DNA from: a virus
Reading direction: 5' to 3' (one strand)
IMG/VR virus record: IMGVR_UViG_3300042400_000613
Coordinates: 1 to 64,000 of that record
DNA: 64,000 bases
A program made the position numbers and the translations under genes. Positions 9,058 to 20,038 of the stretch are shown one piece after another. The notes below the pieces were generated by a model that was not told where the DNA came from, searched no databases, and saw only the letters and a list, made by a program, of their open reading frames with translations. Numbering within the stretch: the stretch's first letter is position 1; each line of letters begins with the position of its first letter.

Positions 9058-12000
9058 ATGGCTTCTGGAGTAACATCATCATCTGAAAATAATAAAAAAT
9101 TAATTAGCTCCGGGATAAAGAGCTATATAAATGAATTTACGCTTTTCGATGGAGATGCTTTAAGTGCTAATTATTTTGGCTTATCTCTACCTGCGGAATT
9201 TTTAAAAGGGTCTAATGAAATAGGAATCAACCCAACGCAAAACTTAGTTAAAGGAACTCAAGTTTTTGTTGAAGTCTATGATTCGGAGGGCAACTTAATT
9301 CCACACGAAATAAAAAATGTTGCAAATTCTAATGGATCCGCTATTGTAACTGTTACCATAGGAGATAAGGTACCCATAGGAAATTGCGAAATCTATATAG
9401 CAGGCACAGCTAATTTTGATGTACTAAGAAATAGACGAGTAACAAATATATCTTTCCCTAATATTATATGGGTAGGTAAATTACTGTGCAATACTAAGAA
9501 AAAAACAATAGGAGATATAAAATATACCATACCTCCTAAAGTAGATTTAACCCCCGAAACAAGAGCTTTTCAAAACTTTTCCGGGAGTAGGGCTACAGGA
9601 AGTTGTCATGCAGTTAGTTTATCTTATGTATCCTCCGCACCTCCTTCACAATACTCTTCTAATTATTCATCTAATATACCTGAATTATTTGATGGGAAAC
9701 CTATAGAATCTACTCCTACGGTAAATACATCCGGAAGTTTAGCTAATTCGGGGAATGTTTCTATAACAACAGACGCAAATAATCTTAGCACAATAGTAGC
9801 TAACACAGGTGCTCCGTTTAAAAAAGAAATGGAGAAAGGTACTATATCTTTAACTCCCGATATTTCTAAGTATTTACCCGGTGATTTACCTTCCGGATAT
9901 TCTCCAACAGTTCCCTCTTATACCGCAACAATTGTAGAGGTTATTAGTAACACTCAAATAAAAGTAGATAAACAATTTTTCTATAGAGAGTCTTATGTAA
10001 ATAAAAAAAGAGAATCATCTGAAATTTACATTACAAGATTCGATTCATCCAATATATGTATAGACTATTTTAAAAGCCCTGATACAAGTGATGGACAAAA
10101 GAAGACCGGGTATGCTAAAATATGTGTTAAAAATGCTAAACCTGTTTCCGGAGATGTTGACAGAGTAAAAGTTTCCGCAAAAGCCGCCGGAGGGGTAGGA
10201 AGCCCGGTTAATTTAGGAGAATTTAAAATACCTAAGACAAGTAAATTAACGGATAATTCTTCTTATGATTTTTCCGCTAATGGAGGCATAGAGAATAAGA
10301 AAGTAGGTAATATAAAAGACAGCTCTGATATATCTAACTATTTTGATATTAATAAGTTTAGAAAACAGAGTTCTTCTTATGAAAACATAGGAACTGGCGG
10401 AATAACTACCTCTGCAAATAGCGGGAATATAATAAACGCCTTAGATGTACAACACAATAAGCAAGAAAATGAAGTAGTAAATATAACAGTAAAAGATTCT
10501 TTTATTTCTAAATCGGTTCCGGATACCGAATACACTGTACAAATATCCGCATTTTCCGAAAAAGACGCTAATGGAAAAACTCCACAACTTGATATATACA
10601 TTCAAGGACCGGATGTAGAAAAATCTCCATTGTCTGTAAATAAAGTAAATGCATCCTCTCCATCTGGCACAGCGGAAAAAAATTCATTTGGCACCTTTTT
10701 AGGATCTTTAATAGGTGGTAATAATAAGTCTGAAATAAAAAAGACTTTTACATTTAAAGCTACATCAGAAGATAATATAAAGCCTAATTTTATTATAAAT
10801 GCAGGGCAATGGAATGTTTCTGACATTGATATATTTCCAAGTGCATCAGACGGAGGAACTCCTAATGAATTTTGTATTGATATTCCATTGGATAATTTAC
10901 CAATAGCAAAAATAGATACGGAATATATTTTTGAAATAGAGTATTTAAATGCTAATGGAGTTTCTGCTAATTTTTCTACAAGTGTTTACGGAGTTAAAGT
11001 TAATGTTGATGTTACTATCGACGAACAACTTTTAATAAACACTTTTAATAGTAGTCCTGCATTTCAGGCTTTAATAGCAAGCTCCTCAGGAAAGGGTGAC
11101 AAAGGAGAAAAAGGAGATTTCAAAGGGAGTAAAGGACAGAAGGGGGAGGAAGGGCTTAAGGGAATAAGTGGGTCTAAAGGTGAATTAGGAGATACCGTAT
11201 TTACTGGTTCTTTAAATAGTTGTAATGTTATTACAATTAACCACGGTACAGGTATACAATACCCTGTATTTACTATATACTCCTATGACGGGAACTCCGT
11301 TATCCCCGAAAATTATACTGCCATAGACGAAAATACTATAGAAATAACTTTTGGAGAATGTTTTAAAGGATTTGTTTCTATAGCTGGCGGTGGTGAAAAA
11401 GGGCCGAAAGGAGAAAAAGGAAACTTCAAAGGCTCTCAAGGCAATCAAGGACCAATAGGTTTACAAGGAACTATAGGCTCACAGGGAAATCAAGGTCCGA
11501 CAGGTATTCAAGGAATAATTGGCACACAAGGCAATCAAGGACCAACAGGTTTACAAGGAACTATAGGCTTACAGGGAAATCAAGGTCCGACAGGTATTCA
11601 AGGAACAGTAGGAACTCAAGGTTTCCAAGGCAATCAAGGACCGCAAGGTAATCAAGGCCCTACTGGACTACAGGGTACTACCGGAGGGCAGGGTAATCAA
11701 GGCTCACAAGGAAATCAAGGTCCGACAGGTATTCAAGGAACAATTGGCACACAAGGCAATCAAGGACCACAAGGAAACCAAGGTCTTACCGGTAATCCAA
11801 GTTCTGTAGAAGGGCCGCAGGGCAACCAAGGACCGCAAGGTAATCAGGGAATACAGGGCATACAAGGTACAGTAGGTACACAAGGTTTTCAAGGAATAGT
11901 AGGTACACAAGGTTTCCAAGGCAATCAAGGACCGCAAGGTAATCAGGGTAATCAAGGACTACAAGGTTTTACCGGATTTCAGGGTAATCAAGGACCTCAG

Positions 12001-14043
12001 GGTAATCAAGGCATAACGGGTCTACAAGGAACTATAGGTCAGAAGGGCAGTGTAGGAGATAAAGGAGAAATAGGAGACAAAGGAGACAAAGGATTTTCAG
12101 GATCAGTAGGCCCAACTTGTTTTATTCCGTCTACTAAAATATTAACATTGAATAATGTTTACATAACAATAGAGGAAGCTTTAGTAGGTCAATCAATCAT
12201 GTCTTATAACATAGATAATAAAACACTACAAGAAGATACTATAATATATAAACATGTAGGAAAATCAAATTATTTATATGTTATAAATAATAATATACAA
12301 TGTACTGAAGAACATCCATTTTACGTTAAAGGATGGTATGATAAATATTGGAAAAAAGCTAAAGATTTATCTGTAAACGATGAACTCTTTAATTACAAAA
12401 CACTATCTTATGAAAAGATATCTAATATTTATTCATACGCAACATCTAGTACTGTATATAATTTAAGCGTAGAGAAAAATGAAAATTTTTTTGTAGAAGA
12501 TGTGTTAGTACATAATATGTCATCTCCTGAAAATATAGGAATTTTTGCTCCTAGTCCATCTCCTATACCAAGTTCTAAAATAGGTCCTCCTGGACCTACG
12601 GGGAGTAAGGGAGATAAAGGAGTTAAAGGAGATAAAGGAATTAAAGGAGATTTTAAAGGAAGTAAAGGGGAAATTGGCTATAAAGGATATAAAGGAGATA
12701 AGGGAAGTGAAGGCGATAAAGGGACTAAAGGAAGTATAGGATTTAAAGGCCAACCTGGTTTAAAAGGCGACAAAGGTCAGAAAGGGGATATAGGACCTCA
12801 AGGAAACCAAGGTTCAACAGGACTACAAGGCACAGTAGGTACACAGGGTTTTCAAGGAAGGCAAGGACCACAAGGTAATCAAGGACCAACAGGTTTTCAA
12901 GGAACAGCAGGTACACAAGGTAATCAAGGCCCTACAGGTTTGTCAGGAGTAGGACTTCAAGGCCCTACAGGAGAACCTGGCGGACCGGGACCTCAAGGAA
13001 ACCAAGGTCCAACAGGACTACAAGGTACATTAGGCGCACAGGGTTTTCAAGGAAGACAAGGCCCTAGTATAATAGGCCCACCCGGAACTCCCGGTCCTCA
13101 AGGCAATCAAGGCCCTACAGGTAACCCAAGCTCTGTTGCCGGTCCGCAGGGAAGACAAGGACCTACAGGCTTGTCAGGAGTAGGACTTCAAGGCCCTACG
13201 GGAGAACCCGGCGGAAGCGGTCCTCAAGGATTTACCGGACCTACTGGCGGACTTGGTCCTCAAGGATTTACCGGACCTACTGGTGGAAGCGGTCCTCAAG
13301 GATTTACTGGACCTAGTGGTGGACCCGGACCTCAAGGATTTACTGGACCTAGTGGTGGACCTGGACCTCAAGGATTTACTGGACCTAGTGGTGGACCCGG
13401 ACCAACAGGACCGCAAGGATTTACAGGACTAGCCGGAGTAGGTCCACAAGGAGCAACAGGAGAACCCGGCGGACAAGGCCCTCCCGGACCTGCGGGCTCA
13501 CCTGGACCTACCGGCCCATTAGGACCTACCGGCCCATTAGGACCTACCGGCCCATTAGGACCTACCGGTCCATTAGGACCTACCGGTCCAACTGGTCCAA
13601 CCGGACCAAAGGGAGAGAAAGGGCAAAAAGGAAGTTCATCAGGAGGTCCATTTCCAGCATTCTCAGATAGGAGATTAAAAAAAGATATAGAGGAAATAGA
13701 TTCTGTATTAGAGCAACTATATACGATAAAACCTGTTAATTATAATTGGAACACAGATGAAATGAAAGGTGTTATTTTAGAAGTAAATAAAACATCTTCA
13801 TCTCATAGGATTCCGTCTAACTTAGAAGGTAAAGAAGTGGGTATTATAGCTCAAGATATAACCGACGGACTTAAAACAGGTTTATTAAAAGAGTTTAAGA
13901 TAGAAGGACAAAAAGGAGTTCTAGCTGTTAACTATGATAAACTTTCGGTTTATAATCTAAAAGCTATACAGGAATTATATGATTTAATAAAGGATTTAAC
14001 TAAAAGAGTTACAAAATTAGAAAAAGGAGAAAACTATGAGTAA
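9058..14043 (+). CDS. Collagen-like tail fibre/appendage protein with internal Hint domain and C-terminal S74 intramolecular chaperone
   Basis: About 680-aa beta-rich N-terminal region, long Gly-X-Y tracts, Hint domain (CFIPSTKIL...TEEHPFYV...[21 protein letters not shown]) and S74 motif [12 protein letters not shown]...KPVNYNW...GIIAQD...VNYDKL followed by a coiled coil. Confidence 0.85.
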   Translation: MASGVTSSSENNKKLISSGIKSYINEFTLFDGDALSANYFGLSLPAEFLKGSNEIGINPTQNLVKGTQVFVEVYDSEGNLIPHEIKNVANSNGSAIVTVTIGDKVPIGNCEIYIAGTANFDVLRNRRVTNISFPNIIWVGKLLCNTKKKTIGDIKYTIPPKVDLTPETRAFQNFSGSRATGSCHAVSLSYVSSAPPSQYSSNYSSNIPELFDGKPIESTPTVNTSGSLANSGNVSITTDANNLSTIVANTGAPFKKEMEKGTISLTPDISKYLPGDLPSGYSPTVPSYTATIVEVISNTQIKVDKQFFYRESYVNKKRESSEIYITRFDSSNICIDYFKSPDTSDGQKKTGYAKICVKNAKPVSGDVDRVKVSAKAAGGVGSPVNLGEFKIPKTSKLTDNSSYDFSANGGIENKKVGNIKDSSDISNYFDINKFRKQSSSYENIGTGGITTSANSGNIINALDVQHNKQENEVVNITVKDSFISKSVPDTEYTVQISAFSEKDANGKTPQLDIYIQGPDVEKSPLSVNKVNASSPSGTAEKNSFGTFLGSLIGGNNKSEIKKTFTFKATSEDNIKPNFIINAGQWNVSDIDIFPSASDGGTPNEFCIDIPLDNLPIAKIDTEYIFEIEYLNANGVSANFSTSVYGVKVNVDVTIDEQLLINTFNSSPAFQALIASSSGKGDKGEKGDFKGSKGQKGEEGLKGISGSKGELGDTVFTGSLNSCNVITINHGTGIQYPVFTIYSYDGNSVIPENYTAIDENTIEITFGECFKGFVSIAGGGEKGPKGEKGNFKGSQGNQGPIGLQGTIGSQGNQGPTGIQGIIGTQGNQGPTGLQGTIGLQGNQGPTGIQGTVGTQGFQGNQGPQGNQGPTGLQGTTGGQGNQGSQGNQGPTGIQGTIGTQGNQGPQGNQGLTGNPSSVEGPQGNQGPQGNQGIQGIQGTVGTQGFQGIVGTQGFQGNQGPQGNQGNQGLQGFTGFQGNQGPQGNQGITGLQGTIGQKGSVGDKGEIGDKGDKGFSGSVGPTCFIPSTKILTLNNVYITIEEALVGQSIMSYNIDNKTLQEDTIIYKHVGKSNYLYVINNNIQCTEEHPFYVKGWYDKYWKKAKDLSVNDELFNYKTLSYEKISNIYSYATSSTVYNLSVEKNENFFVEDVLVHNMSSPENIGIFAPSPSPIPSSKIGPPGPTGSKGDKGVKGDKGIKGDFKGSKGEIGYKGYKGDKGSEGDKGTKGSIGFKGQPGLKGDKGQKGDIGPQGNQGSTGLQGTVGTQGFQGRQGPQGNQGPTGFQGTAGTQGNQGPTGLSGVGLQGPTGEPGGPGPQGNQGPTGLQGTLGAQGFQGRQGPSIIGPPGTPGPQGNQGPTGNPSSVAGPQGRQGPTGLSGVGLQGPTGEPGGSGPQGFTGPTGGLGPQGFTGPTGGSGPQGFTGPSGGPGPQGFTGPSGGPGPQGFTGPSGGPGPTGPQGFTGLAGVGPQGATGEPGGQGPPGPAGSPGPTGPLGPTGPLGPTGPLGPTGPLGPTGPTGPTGPKGEKGQKGSSSGGPFPAFSDRRLKKDIEEIDSVLEQLYTIKPVNYNWNTDEMKGVILEVNKTSSSHRIPSNLEGKEVGIIAQDITDGLKTGLLKEFKIEGQKGVLAVNYDKLSVYNLKAIQELYDLIKDLTKRVTKLEKGENYE
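11089..13632 (+). repeat. Collagen Gly-X-Y repeat region (G-X-K, G-X-Q and G-P-T blocks), interrupted by a small globular domain and the Hint domain
   Basis: Direct translation; DNA-level 36-nt ([12 protein letters not shown]) repeats at about 13219-13400 and 18-nt ggacctaccggcccatta-type repeats at 13504-13575. Confidence 0.95.
12118..12516 (+). other. Hint (intein-like/BIL-type) autoprocessing domain, 133 aa, no homing endonuclease
   Basis: N-terminal Cys (CFIPST), block B TEEH, terminal His-Asn. The +1 residue is Met rather than Cys/Ser/Thr. AT-rich insert within GC-richer collagen DNA. Confidence 0.85.
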
Positions 14044-14668
14044 ATTAAGAAATGTAGAAGCGGTAAAAAAACTTCTAATAGGAGAACACAAAACCCAGAA
14101 TAGAACAACTATAGGATATAGAAAGAAGGAAGATTCCGAAATAAGAAAAGTAGGAGATATATGGGAAGATGTTTCACCTATGGGTCATGTAACCGAATGG
14201 GAACAAAGAGATGGGTATAAAGTAAAAAGATCTAAAGGAGTTAGAGAAATACTAAAAGAATTAGACAGCATAAGTAAATTTCCTAATTGTTTAGATACAT
14301 GTGAAGGCAAACTTTTCGGTCAAGCAGATTATAAATTAGGAAAAAAGACAGGAAGATGTTTGGAATGTACAATAAAATATGAAGCAGACTTAAAGCTAAG
14401 TGGAAAATTTGATACTTATGTTCATGATAAAAAGAAAGAGAATGCAGTATCATTTTTAAAAGAGGCATCTAAAGAAGTAGAAGTTTTATTAGGATCATTT
14501 GACAACATGGGATATTCTCATGCAGACGGATCTATTGAAAAATGGTCAATTGAAAATAAAGAATCATTTTTAGATAAGATTAGATCTGATTTTAATAATT
14601 TAAGAAATGATATCATGGAAACATATAATATAAATGAAGAAGATTTAAATATAGATGTCAACAAATAA
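14036..14668 (+). CDS. Hypothetical protein upstream of the terminase (CxxC; possibly packaging-related)
   Basis: Clean ORF overlapping both neighbours; RCLECT motif; function not recognised. Confidence 0.55.
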   Translation: MSKLRNVEAVKKLLIGEHKTQNRTTIGYRKKEDSEIRKVGDIWEDVSPMGHVTEWEQRDGYKVKRSKGVREILKELDSISKFPNCLDTCEGKLFGQADYKLGKKTGRCLECTIKYEADLKLSGKFDTYVHDKKKENAVSFLKEASKEVEVLLGSFDNMGYSHADGSIEKWSIENKESFLDKIRSDFNNLRNDIMETYNINEEDLNIDVNK

Positions 14669-16235
14669 AGTAAAACTAGCAATAGCTCAGGAGTATAAAA
14701 AATGTGCAAAAGATTCAACTTATTTCACTAAAAAATACTGCAAAATAGAGCATCCTACAAAAGGACGTATATTATTTGGTCTTTATCCATTCCAAGAGAC
14801 CACATTAGAAAAGATGCATAATGAAAGGTATATTATCATAAACAAAGGAAGGCAGTTAGGAATATCAACTTTATCAGCTGCATTCATTTTGCATAGTATG
14901 ATATTTAACAGCGGGTATAAAGTTCTTATTATTGCAACCAAACAAGATGTAGCAAAAAATCTAGTCCATAAGATTAGATTGATGCATGATTTTTTACCTT
15001 CATGGCTAAAACAAGAGACATTGGAGGACAATAAAATGATGCTTAGATTTAAAAATAATGGATCTAGTGTTAAAGCAGTATCATCAAGTCCTGATTCTGC
15101 AAGATCTGAAGCATTGTCTTTACTAGTTATAGATGAAGCAGCTCACATTTCTAATTCGGAAGAAATTTGGACAGCTGCACAATCTACATTAGCGACGGGA
15201 GGTAGTTGTATATTACTATCCACACCTAATGGAGTAGGTAATTTATTTCATAGAGTTTGGCAGGAATCTTTAAATGGGGGAGATTTTACTTCTATATTTT
15301 TACCATGGACTGTCCATCCGGAAAGAGATTGGAAGTGGCGAAAGGAACAAGACATATTACTAGGAGAAAAAGCAGCAGCCCAAGAATGTGATGGTGACTT
15401 CTTGACATCCGGACATACTGTGGTAGATGGTAGTATTTTAGTATGGTATGAGAATAATTACGTAAAAGACCCAATAGAAAAAAGAGGTGAGACTGGAGAT
15501 TTATGGGTCTGGAAATATCCTGAAAGTGATTGTACTTATGTTGTATGTGCAGATGTATCTAGGGGAGATTCTTCTGACTTTTCTGCTTTTCATGTTTTAA
15601 ATATAGAAACATTAGAACAAGTTGCAGAATTTAAGAGTATGATTGGCACCACCGAATTTGGACATTTATTAATGAGTATAGCTTCTGAATACAACGGAGC
15701 TTTACTTGCCATTGAGAATGCGTATGTTGGCTGGGCAGTTCTACAAACTATTATAGATTTAGGATACCAGAATCTGTATTATACTTTCAGAAACGATCCT
15801 TTTGTAGACCCTGATGTACATGTTAACATAAATCAAGACTATTTACTTAAGGATAACATGGTTCCAGGATTTACTACTTCTACAAAAACAAGACCCGTAA
15901 TGATTTCTAAATTAGAGACATATTATAGAGAAAAATCCCCAATAGTATATAGTAAGAGATTGATACAGGAATTGTTTACTTTTGTTTGGAAAGACCACAA
16001 AGCAGAAGCTAGAGATGGATATAATGACGACTTAGTTATGTCTTTTGCTATTGGACTTTGGGTTAGAGACACTTCCTTAAAAATGAAAACTTTGGGCTTA
16101 AGTTTCTCTAGGTCTTTGCTAAATAATACAACAAAAACGATATACACTCCAAGTAACTCAAATAAAGTACATGACTCTTGGTCTATGAAAACTAGAAACA
16201 ATGAATCAGAGAGTCTAACTTGGCTTATAAAATAA
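14655..16235 (+). CDS. Terminase large subunit (T4 gp17-like)
   Basis: LYPFQ adenine-binding motif, KGRQLGIST Walker A, LLVIDEAAH Walker B, LSTPNG, nuclease ADVSRGDSSDFS and YNDDLVMSFAI. Confidence 0.95.
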   Translation: MSTNKVKLAIAQEYKKCAKDSTYFTKKYCKIEHPTKGRILFGLYPFQETTLEKMHNERYIIINKGRQLGISTLSAAFILHSMIFNSGYKVLIIATKQDVAKNLVHKIRLMHDFLPSWLKQETLEDNKMMLRFKNNGSSVKAVSSSPDSARSEALSLLVIDEAAHISNSEEIWTAAQSTLATGGSCILLSTPNGVGNLFHRVWQESLNGGDFTSIFLPWTVHPERDWKWRKEQDILLGEKAAAQECDGDFLTSGHTVVDGSILVWYENNYVKDPIEKRGETGDLWVWKYPESDCTYVVCADVSRGDSSDFSAFHVLNIETLEQVAEFKSMIGTTEFGHLLMSIASEYNGALLAIENAYVGWAVLQTIIDLGYQNLYYTFRNDPFVDPDVHVNINQDYLLKDNMVPGFTTSTKTRPVMISKLETYYREKSPIVYSKRLIQELFTFVWKDHKAEARDGYNDDLVMSFAIGLWVRDTSLKMKTLGLSFSRSLLNNTTKTIYTPSNSNKVHDSWSMKTRNNESESLTWLIK

Positions 16236-16239
16236 AAAC

Positions 16240-18165
16240 ATGGATAATTCAATACAGGCAAAACTAAAGCGATTATTCTCTACGCAAGTGATTGTTAGAA
16301 GAATTGGAAAAGACAGAATTAAAGTTATTGATACCTCTAGGCTACAAGGCGCAGGTACTAAAGATAAAGTCGGATACGCTGACAGATTCTCTGGTTTACA
16401 TACATCTAGGCAATACGGGTATTCTCCTAACAACAACACCATAAATTTTCACTCTTCAAAGTTACAGATATTTACAGACTATGAAGCCATGGACACAGAT
16501 CCAATCATAGCCTCTGCATTAGATATTTATGCAGACGAAAGTACGGTAATGTCAGTAGAGGGAGATTTGTTAAATATTAGTACTCCAAATGAGAACATTA
16601 AAAAAATACTCTATAATTTATTTTACGATATCTTAAATATAGATTACAACCTATGGAGTTGGACAAGATCTTTATGTAAGTATGGAGATTTCTATTTGTA
16701 TTTAGATATCGAAGAAGGTCTTGGTATAAAAAACGTTGTTCCTTTATCAGCCTACGAAGTTAGAAGGGTGGAAGGAACAAATCCAGAAAATCCTTATGAA
16801 GTTAAATTTATATACGAAGGATTACACACTACTCAAATGAGTCCGATTGTATATAGAAATGATGAAAGAAAAAATAAAGAATTAGATTATCATGAAATAG
16901 CCCATTTTAGATTATTATCTGATAGTAATTTTTTACCTTACGGTAGAAGTCAAATAGAACCTGCAAGAAAGATTTTTAAAATGCTTACTTTGATGGAGGA
17001 CGCTATGTTAATTCATAGAATCATGAGAGCCCCGGAAAGAAGAATTTTCAAGATAAATGTAGGAAGTATTCCGCCTAATGAAGTAGATAACTACATGTCT
17101 ACTATTATATCGGCAATGAAGAAAACCCCTTATGTCGATGAAAAAACAGGAGATTATAACCTAAAATTTAATCTTCAGAACATGTTAGAGGATTATTACC
17201 TACCAGTTAGAGGAAAAGATGCGAGTAGTGAAATAACAACATTACCGGGTTTAGGCAATCAAGGTTTCATGGATGATATCGAGTACGTCAGAAATAGAAT
17301 GATGGCTGCTTTAAAAATTCCTAAGCCATTTTTAGGGTATGATAAAGACACGGAAGGTAAGTCTATGATTGCTGCCGAGGATGTTAGATTCGCTAGAACT
17401 ATAGAAAGGATTCAGAAAATAATTGTATCGGAGTTAAATAAGATTGCTATCATTCACTTATATACTCAAGGATATAAGAATGAGGAATTGATTGATTTCT
17501 CTCTTTCTCTAAATAATCCATCTTTAGTTTATGAAAGACAAAAGGTAGAAATACTAACAGAGAAAATGAATTTAGCTTTAGTTATGCAAGATTCTAAATT
17601 ATTCTCTAGGAAATATATACATGAAAACTTATTTAAATTATCAGAATCAGAAAGATTAACAGAGGAAGAATTGATTATTGAGGATTTGATGACTACTTTT
17701 AGACACTCTCAAATAGAAACGGAGGGCAATGATCCCAAACTATCAGGACAAAGTTTTGGTACTCCACATGATATGATGTCATTAAAGTTAGCTTCTAAAG
17801 GAAATGAAGTAGATGCAATGTCATTTGACGATGGAGAAGAGTTAGAATTTGCAGACAAGGAGGATAATCGAGGAAGACCTAAGAGAATTGGTACATTCGG
17901 CACAAAAGATGACACAGTTAATGGTAGAGATTCTATGGGAGACCGAGATATGAAATCTAACTTAGAAGGAGAAAGAGACCCTTTAAAAGCTAGAAAAAGA
18001 GAGAATCCGGTAAATTTAGAGTCAAAACTAGTAAATTCTCTCAGGAGACAATTTGATAGTGGTATAGGAAACAAGAATCTAATTATCGAAAAATCATTTA
18101 AAGAAAACGAAAAAGCAGCAGGCACAGATTTGCTAAGTGAAAATAACTTGTTAGATTTAGAGTGA
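16240..18165 (+). CDS. Portal protein (T4 gp20-like)
   Basis: LMEDAMLIHRIMRAPERRIFKINVG, MLEDYYLPVRG, EITTLPG, ALKIPK; follows the terminase. Confidence 0.95.
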   Translation: MDNSIQAKLKRLFSTQVIVRRIGKDRIKVIDTSRLQGAGTKDKVGYADRFSGLHTSRQYGYSPNNNTINFHSSKLQIFTDYEAMDTDPIIASALDIYADESTVMSVEGDLLNISTPNENIKKILYNLFYDILNIDYNLWSWTRSLCKYGDFYLYLDIEEGLGIKNVVPLSAYEVRRVEGTNPENPYEVKFIYEGLHTTQMSPIVYRNDERKNKELDYHEIAHFRLLSDSNFLPYGRSQIEPARKIFKMLTLMEDAMLIHRIMRAPERRIFKINVGSIPPNEVDNYMSTIISAMKKTPYVDEKTGDYNLKFNLQNMLEDYYLPVRGKDASSEITTLPGLGNQGFMDDIEYVRNRMMAALKIPKPFLGYDKDTEGKSMIAAEDVRFARTIERIQKIIVSELNKIAIIHLYTQGYKNEELIDFSLSLNNPSLVYERQKVEILTEKMNLALVMQDSKLFSRKYIHENLFKLSESERLTEEELIIEDLMTTFRHSQIETEGNDPKLSGQSFGTPHDMMSLKLASKGNEVDAMSFDDGEELEFADKEDNRGRPKRIGTFGTKDDTVNGRDSMGDRDMKSNLEGERDPLKARKRENPVNLESKLVNSLRRQFDSGIGNKNLIIEKSFKENEKAAGTDLLSENNLLDLE

Positions 18166-18232
18166 TTTAGATAAACATTACAATATTTATTTAAAATAAT
18201 TTCTTTTAATAAGAAATTCACAACTATAAAAA

Positions 18233-19066
18233 ATGAAGAAAATAAAACACAAAAAGCACCGGAATACGGGATTGATTTTTGAAATGCTAGTGAAAAAAAT
18301 GACTAGCAATGTATTACAAGGAGAAGGGATAAATGAAATATCCTCAATTATAAAAAAACACTTTTCAAACAATTCACAGATTAGACAGGAGTTGACGTTC
18401 TACCAAATGTTAACTAAAGAGAAAGTAAATAGTCCTAACCTCGCTAATGAATTAATTGAATCCATAAAAGAAGCTAGAAACTCCTTAGACCTCGAAAAAT
18501 TGAATAAGGAGAAATATAGATTATACAAAGACATTACATCATATTTCGGCGGGGATTCTTTCTTTGACATAAAAGTAGAGAACTATCAAAACTATGCTAG
18601 CATCTATACATTATTCGAGTACAATCAATCAGATAATCCTCCAGTAATGGTTTCAAATAAACAGAATCTAATAGAATGTATATGCAATGTAGAATCATCT
18701 AATACCATGTCATCTGAATACTTAACAGAATCAGAAGATATTAGATTGTCAGCATTTGAGATAATGATTGAAAAGTATAATGATAAATACAATGGTCTAT
18801 TAAGTGAGCAAAAAACATTATTAGGCAATTATATAAACATGGAGACATCATCAGATGAATTTAAAACATTTATTACATCTGAAACAAGTAGATTGAAAGA
18901 ATCCATTAATAGCATTATTCCTAATGTTGAAAATGTAGCATCAGCAAATAAGTTAAATGAAATGATTGATGTCTTAGATCAAGTTAATAATGCAAAATAT
19001 ATTACAGAAGATCATATACATGTTATTATGAAATATTATGAGTTTGTAAATGTTATAGCAAAGTGA
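18233..19066 (+). CDS. Hypothetical head-module protein
   Basis: Long ORF (KHKKHRNTGLIFEMLV...) between portal and protease. Confidence 0.6.
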   Translation: MKKIKHKKHRNTGLIFEMLVKKMTSNVLQGEGINEISSIIKKHFSNNSQIRQELTFYQMLTKEKVNSPNLANELIESIKEARNSLDLEKLNKEKYRLYKDITSYFGGDSFFDIKVENYQNYASIYTLFEYNQSDNPPVMVSNKQNLIECICNVESSNTMSSEYLTESEDIRLSAFEIMIEKYNDKYNGLLSEQKTLLGNYINMETSSDEFKTFITSETSRLKESINSIIPNVENVASANKLNEMIDVLDQVNNAKYITEDHIHVIMKYYEFVNVIAK

Positions 19067-19437
19067 AAAATATAAAAAATAATAAAGAAGCATTCATGAA
19101 ATACCTATTTGAGTCTTTAAATAAAAGTTTTAAAGTGGGTGGCCCCGCCGAATCTTCTTCCAAATACTTACCTATTGACGACGAGGATGGAGTTAAAACT
19201 GAAATGAATGTAACAAGTAATCTGGATGGTGGTGAAGGCCCTCCAAGAACTCCTCTAGTATTCAAAAGAAGAAAACCTGAGACAAAGGAAAAACCTTACA
19301 AGTTCATAAAGAAAACAACTTTCAATAAAATAGAGAGGGATAAAGAAAAACAAAAATCCACTCCATTTTTAAAACAAGAATCCGTAATAAATTTCATAGA
19401 CGAATTCTTAAAAAATATAAATAATGGCACAAAATAG
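19063..19437 (+). CDS. Hypothetical protein
   Basis: ORF with GTG start overlapping both neighbours; start uncertain (ATG at 19096 possible). Confidence 0.5.
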   Translation: MKNIKNNKEAFMKYLFESLNKSFKVGGPAESSSKYLPIDDEDGVKTEMNVTSNLDGGEGPPRTPLVFKRRKPETKEKPYKFIKKTTFNKIERDKEKQKSTPFLKQESVINFIDEFLKNINNGTK

Positions 19438-20038
19438 AGTACTCCTAATAGACTCCATATCAACTTTTAATCCCGTTAGCTGCGTATTAAGAGAATCCAA
19501 AGGAAAAAACGGCGGATTATTGGTTAAAGGAATTTTACAAAGAGCTGATTCCGTAAATCATAATAAAAGGATGTACCCTCGAAAATTGATGGATGAGCAA
19601 GTTAAAAAATATCAGGATAAAATAAAAGAGGGTATAGCTTACGGAGAATTAGATCATCCGGAAAGAGCTGATACCTGGCTATCCGAGGCATCTCACATAA
19701 TTACAGAAATTTGGTGGGACGGAGATGACATATATGGTATTGCTGAAATTTTAGACTGGACACCAAAGGGTAATTTACTAAGAAAATATTTTGATAAGGG
19801 ACACACGGCAGGAATAAGTTCTCGAGGAGTTGGAACTTTAAGGGAAGCTGGACTTAGAAATGGCGCACCTTACTATGAAGTTGGAGAAGATTATGAAATG
19901 GTTGCTTTTGACTTCGTATCTAATCCATCTACACAGGGAGCATTCATGTCGCCTGTAGTAATGAAAGAATCTAAAAGTTATTTTGTAAATGTTGATACAC
20001 TAGCTGACGAAATCCTAAATATGTCAAAAATACTGTAA
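19424..20038 (+). CDS. Prohead core protease (T4 gp21-like)
   Basis: GILQRADSVNHNKRMYP, AYGELDHP, ASHII, GISSRGVG, FDFVSNPSTQGAF. Confidence 0.95.
   Translation: MAQNRVLLIDSISTFNPVSCVLRESKGKNGGLLVKGILQRADSVNHNKRMYPRKLMDEQVKKYQDKIKEGIAYGELDHPERADTWLSEASHIITEIWWDGDDIYGIAEILDWTPKGNLLRKYFDKGHTAGISSRGVGTLREAGLRNGAPYYEVGEDYEMVAFDFVSNPSTQGAFMSPVVMKESKSYFVNVDTLADEILNMSKIL

Noticed and set aside
12118-12516. Canonical mobile intein
   Set aside because: No homing endonuclease and the +1 residue is Met, so it is treated as a BIL-type Hint domain rather than a standard splicing intein.
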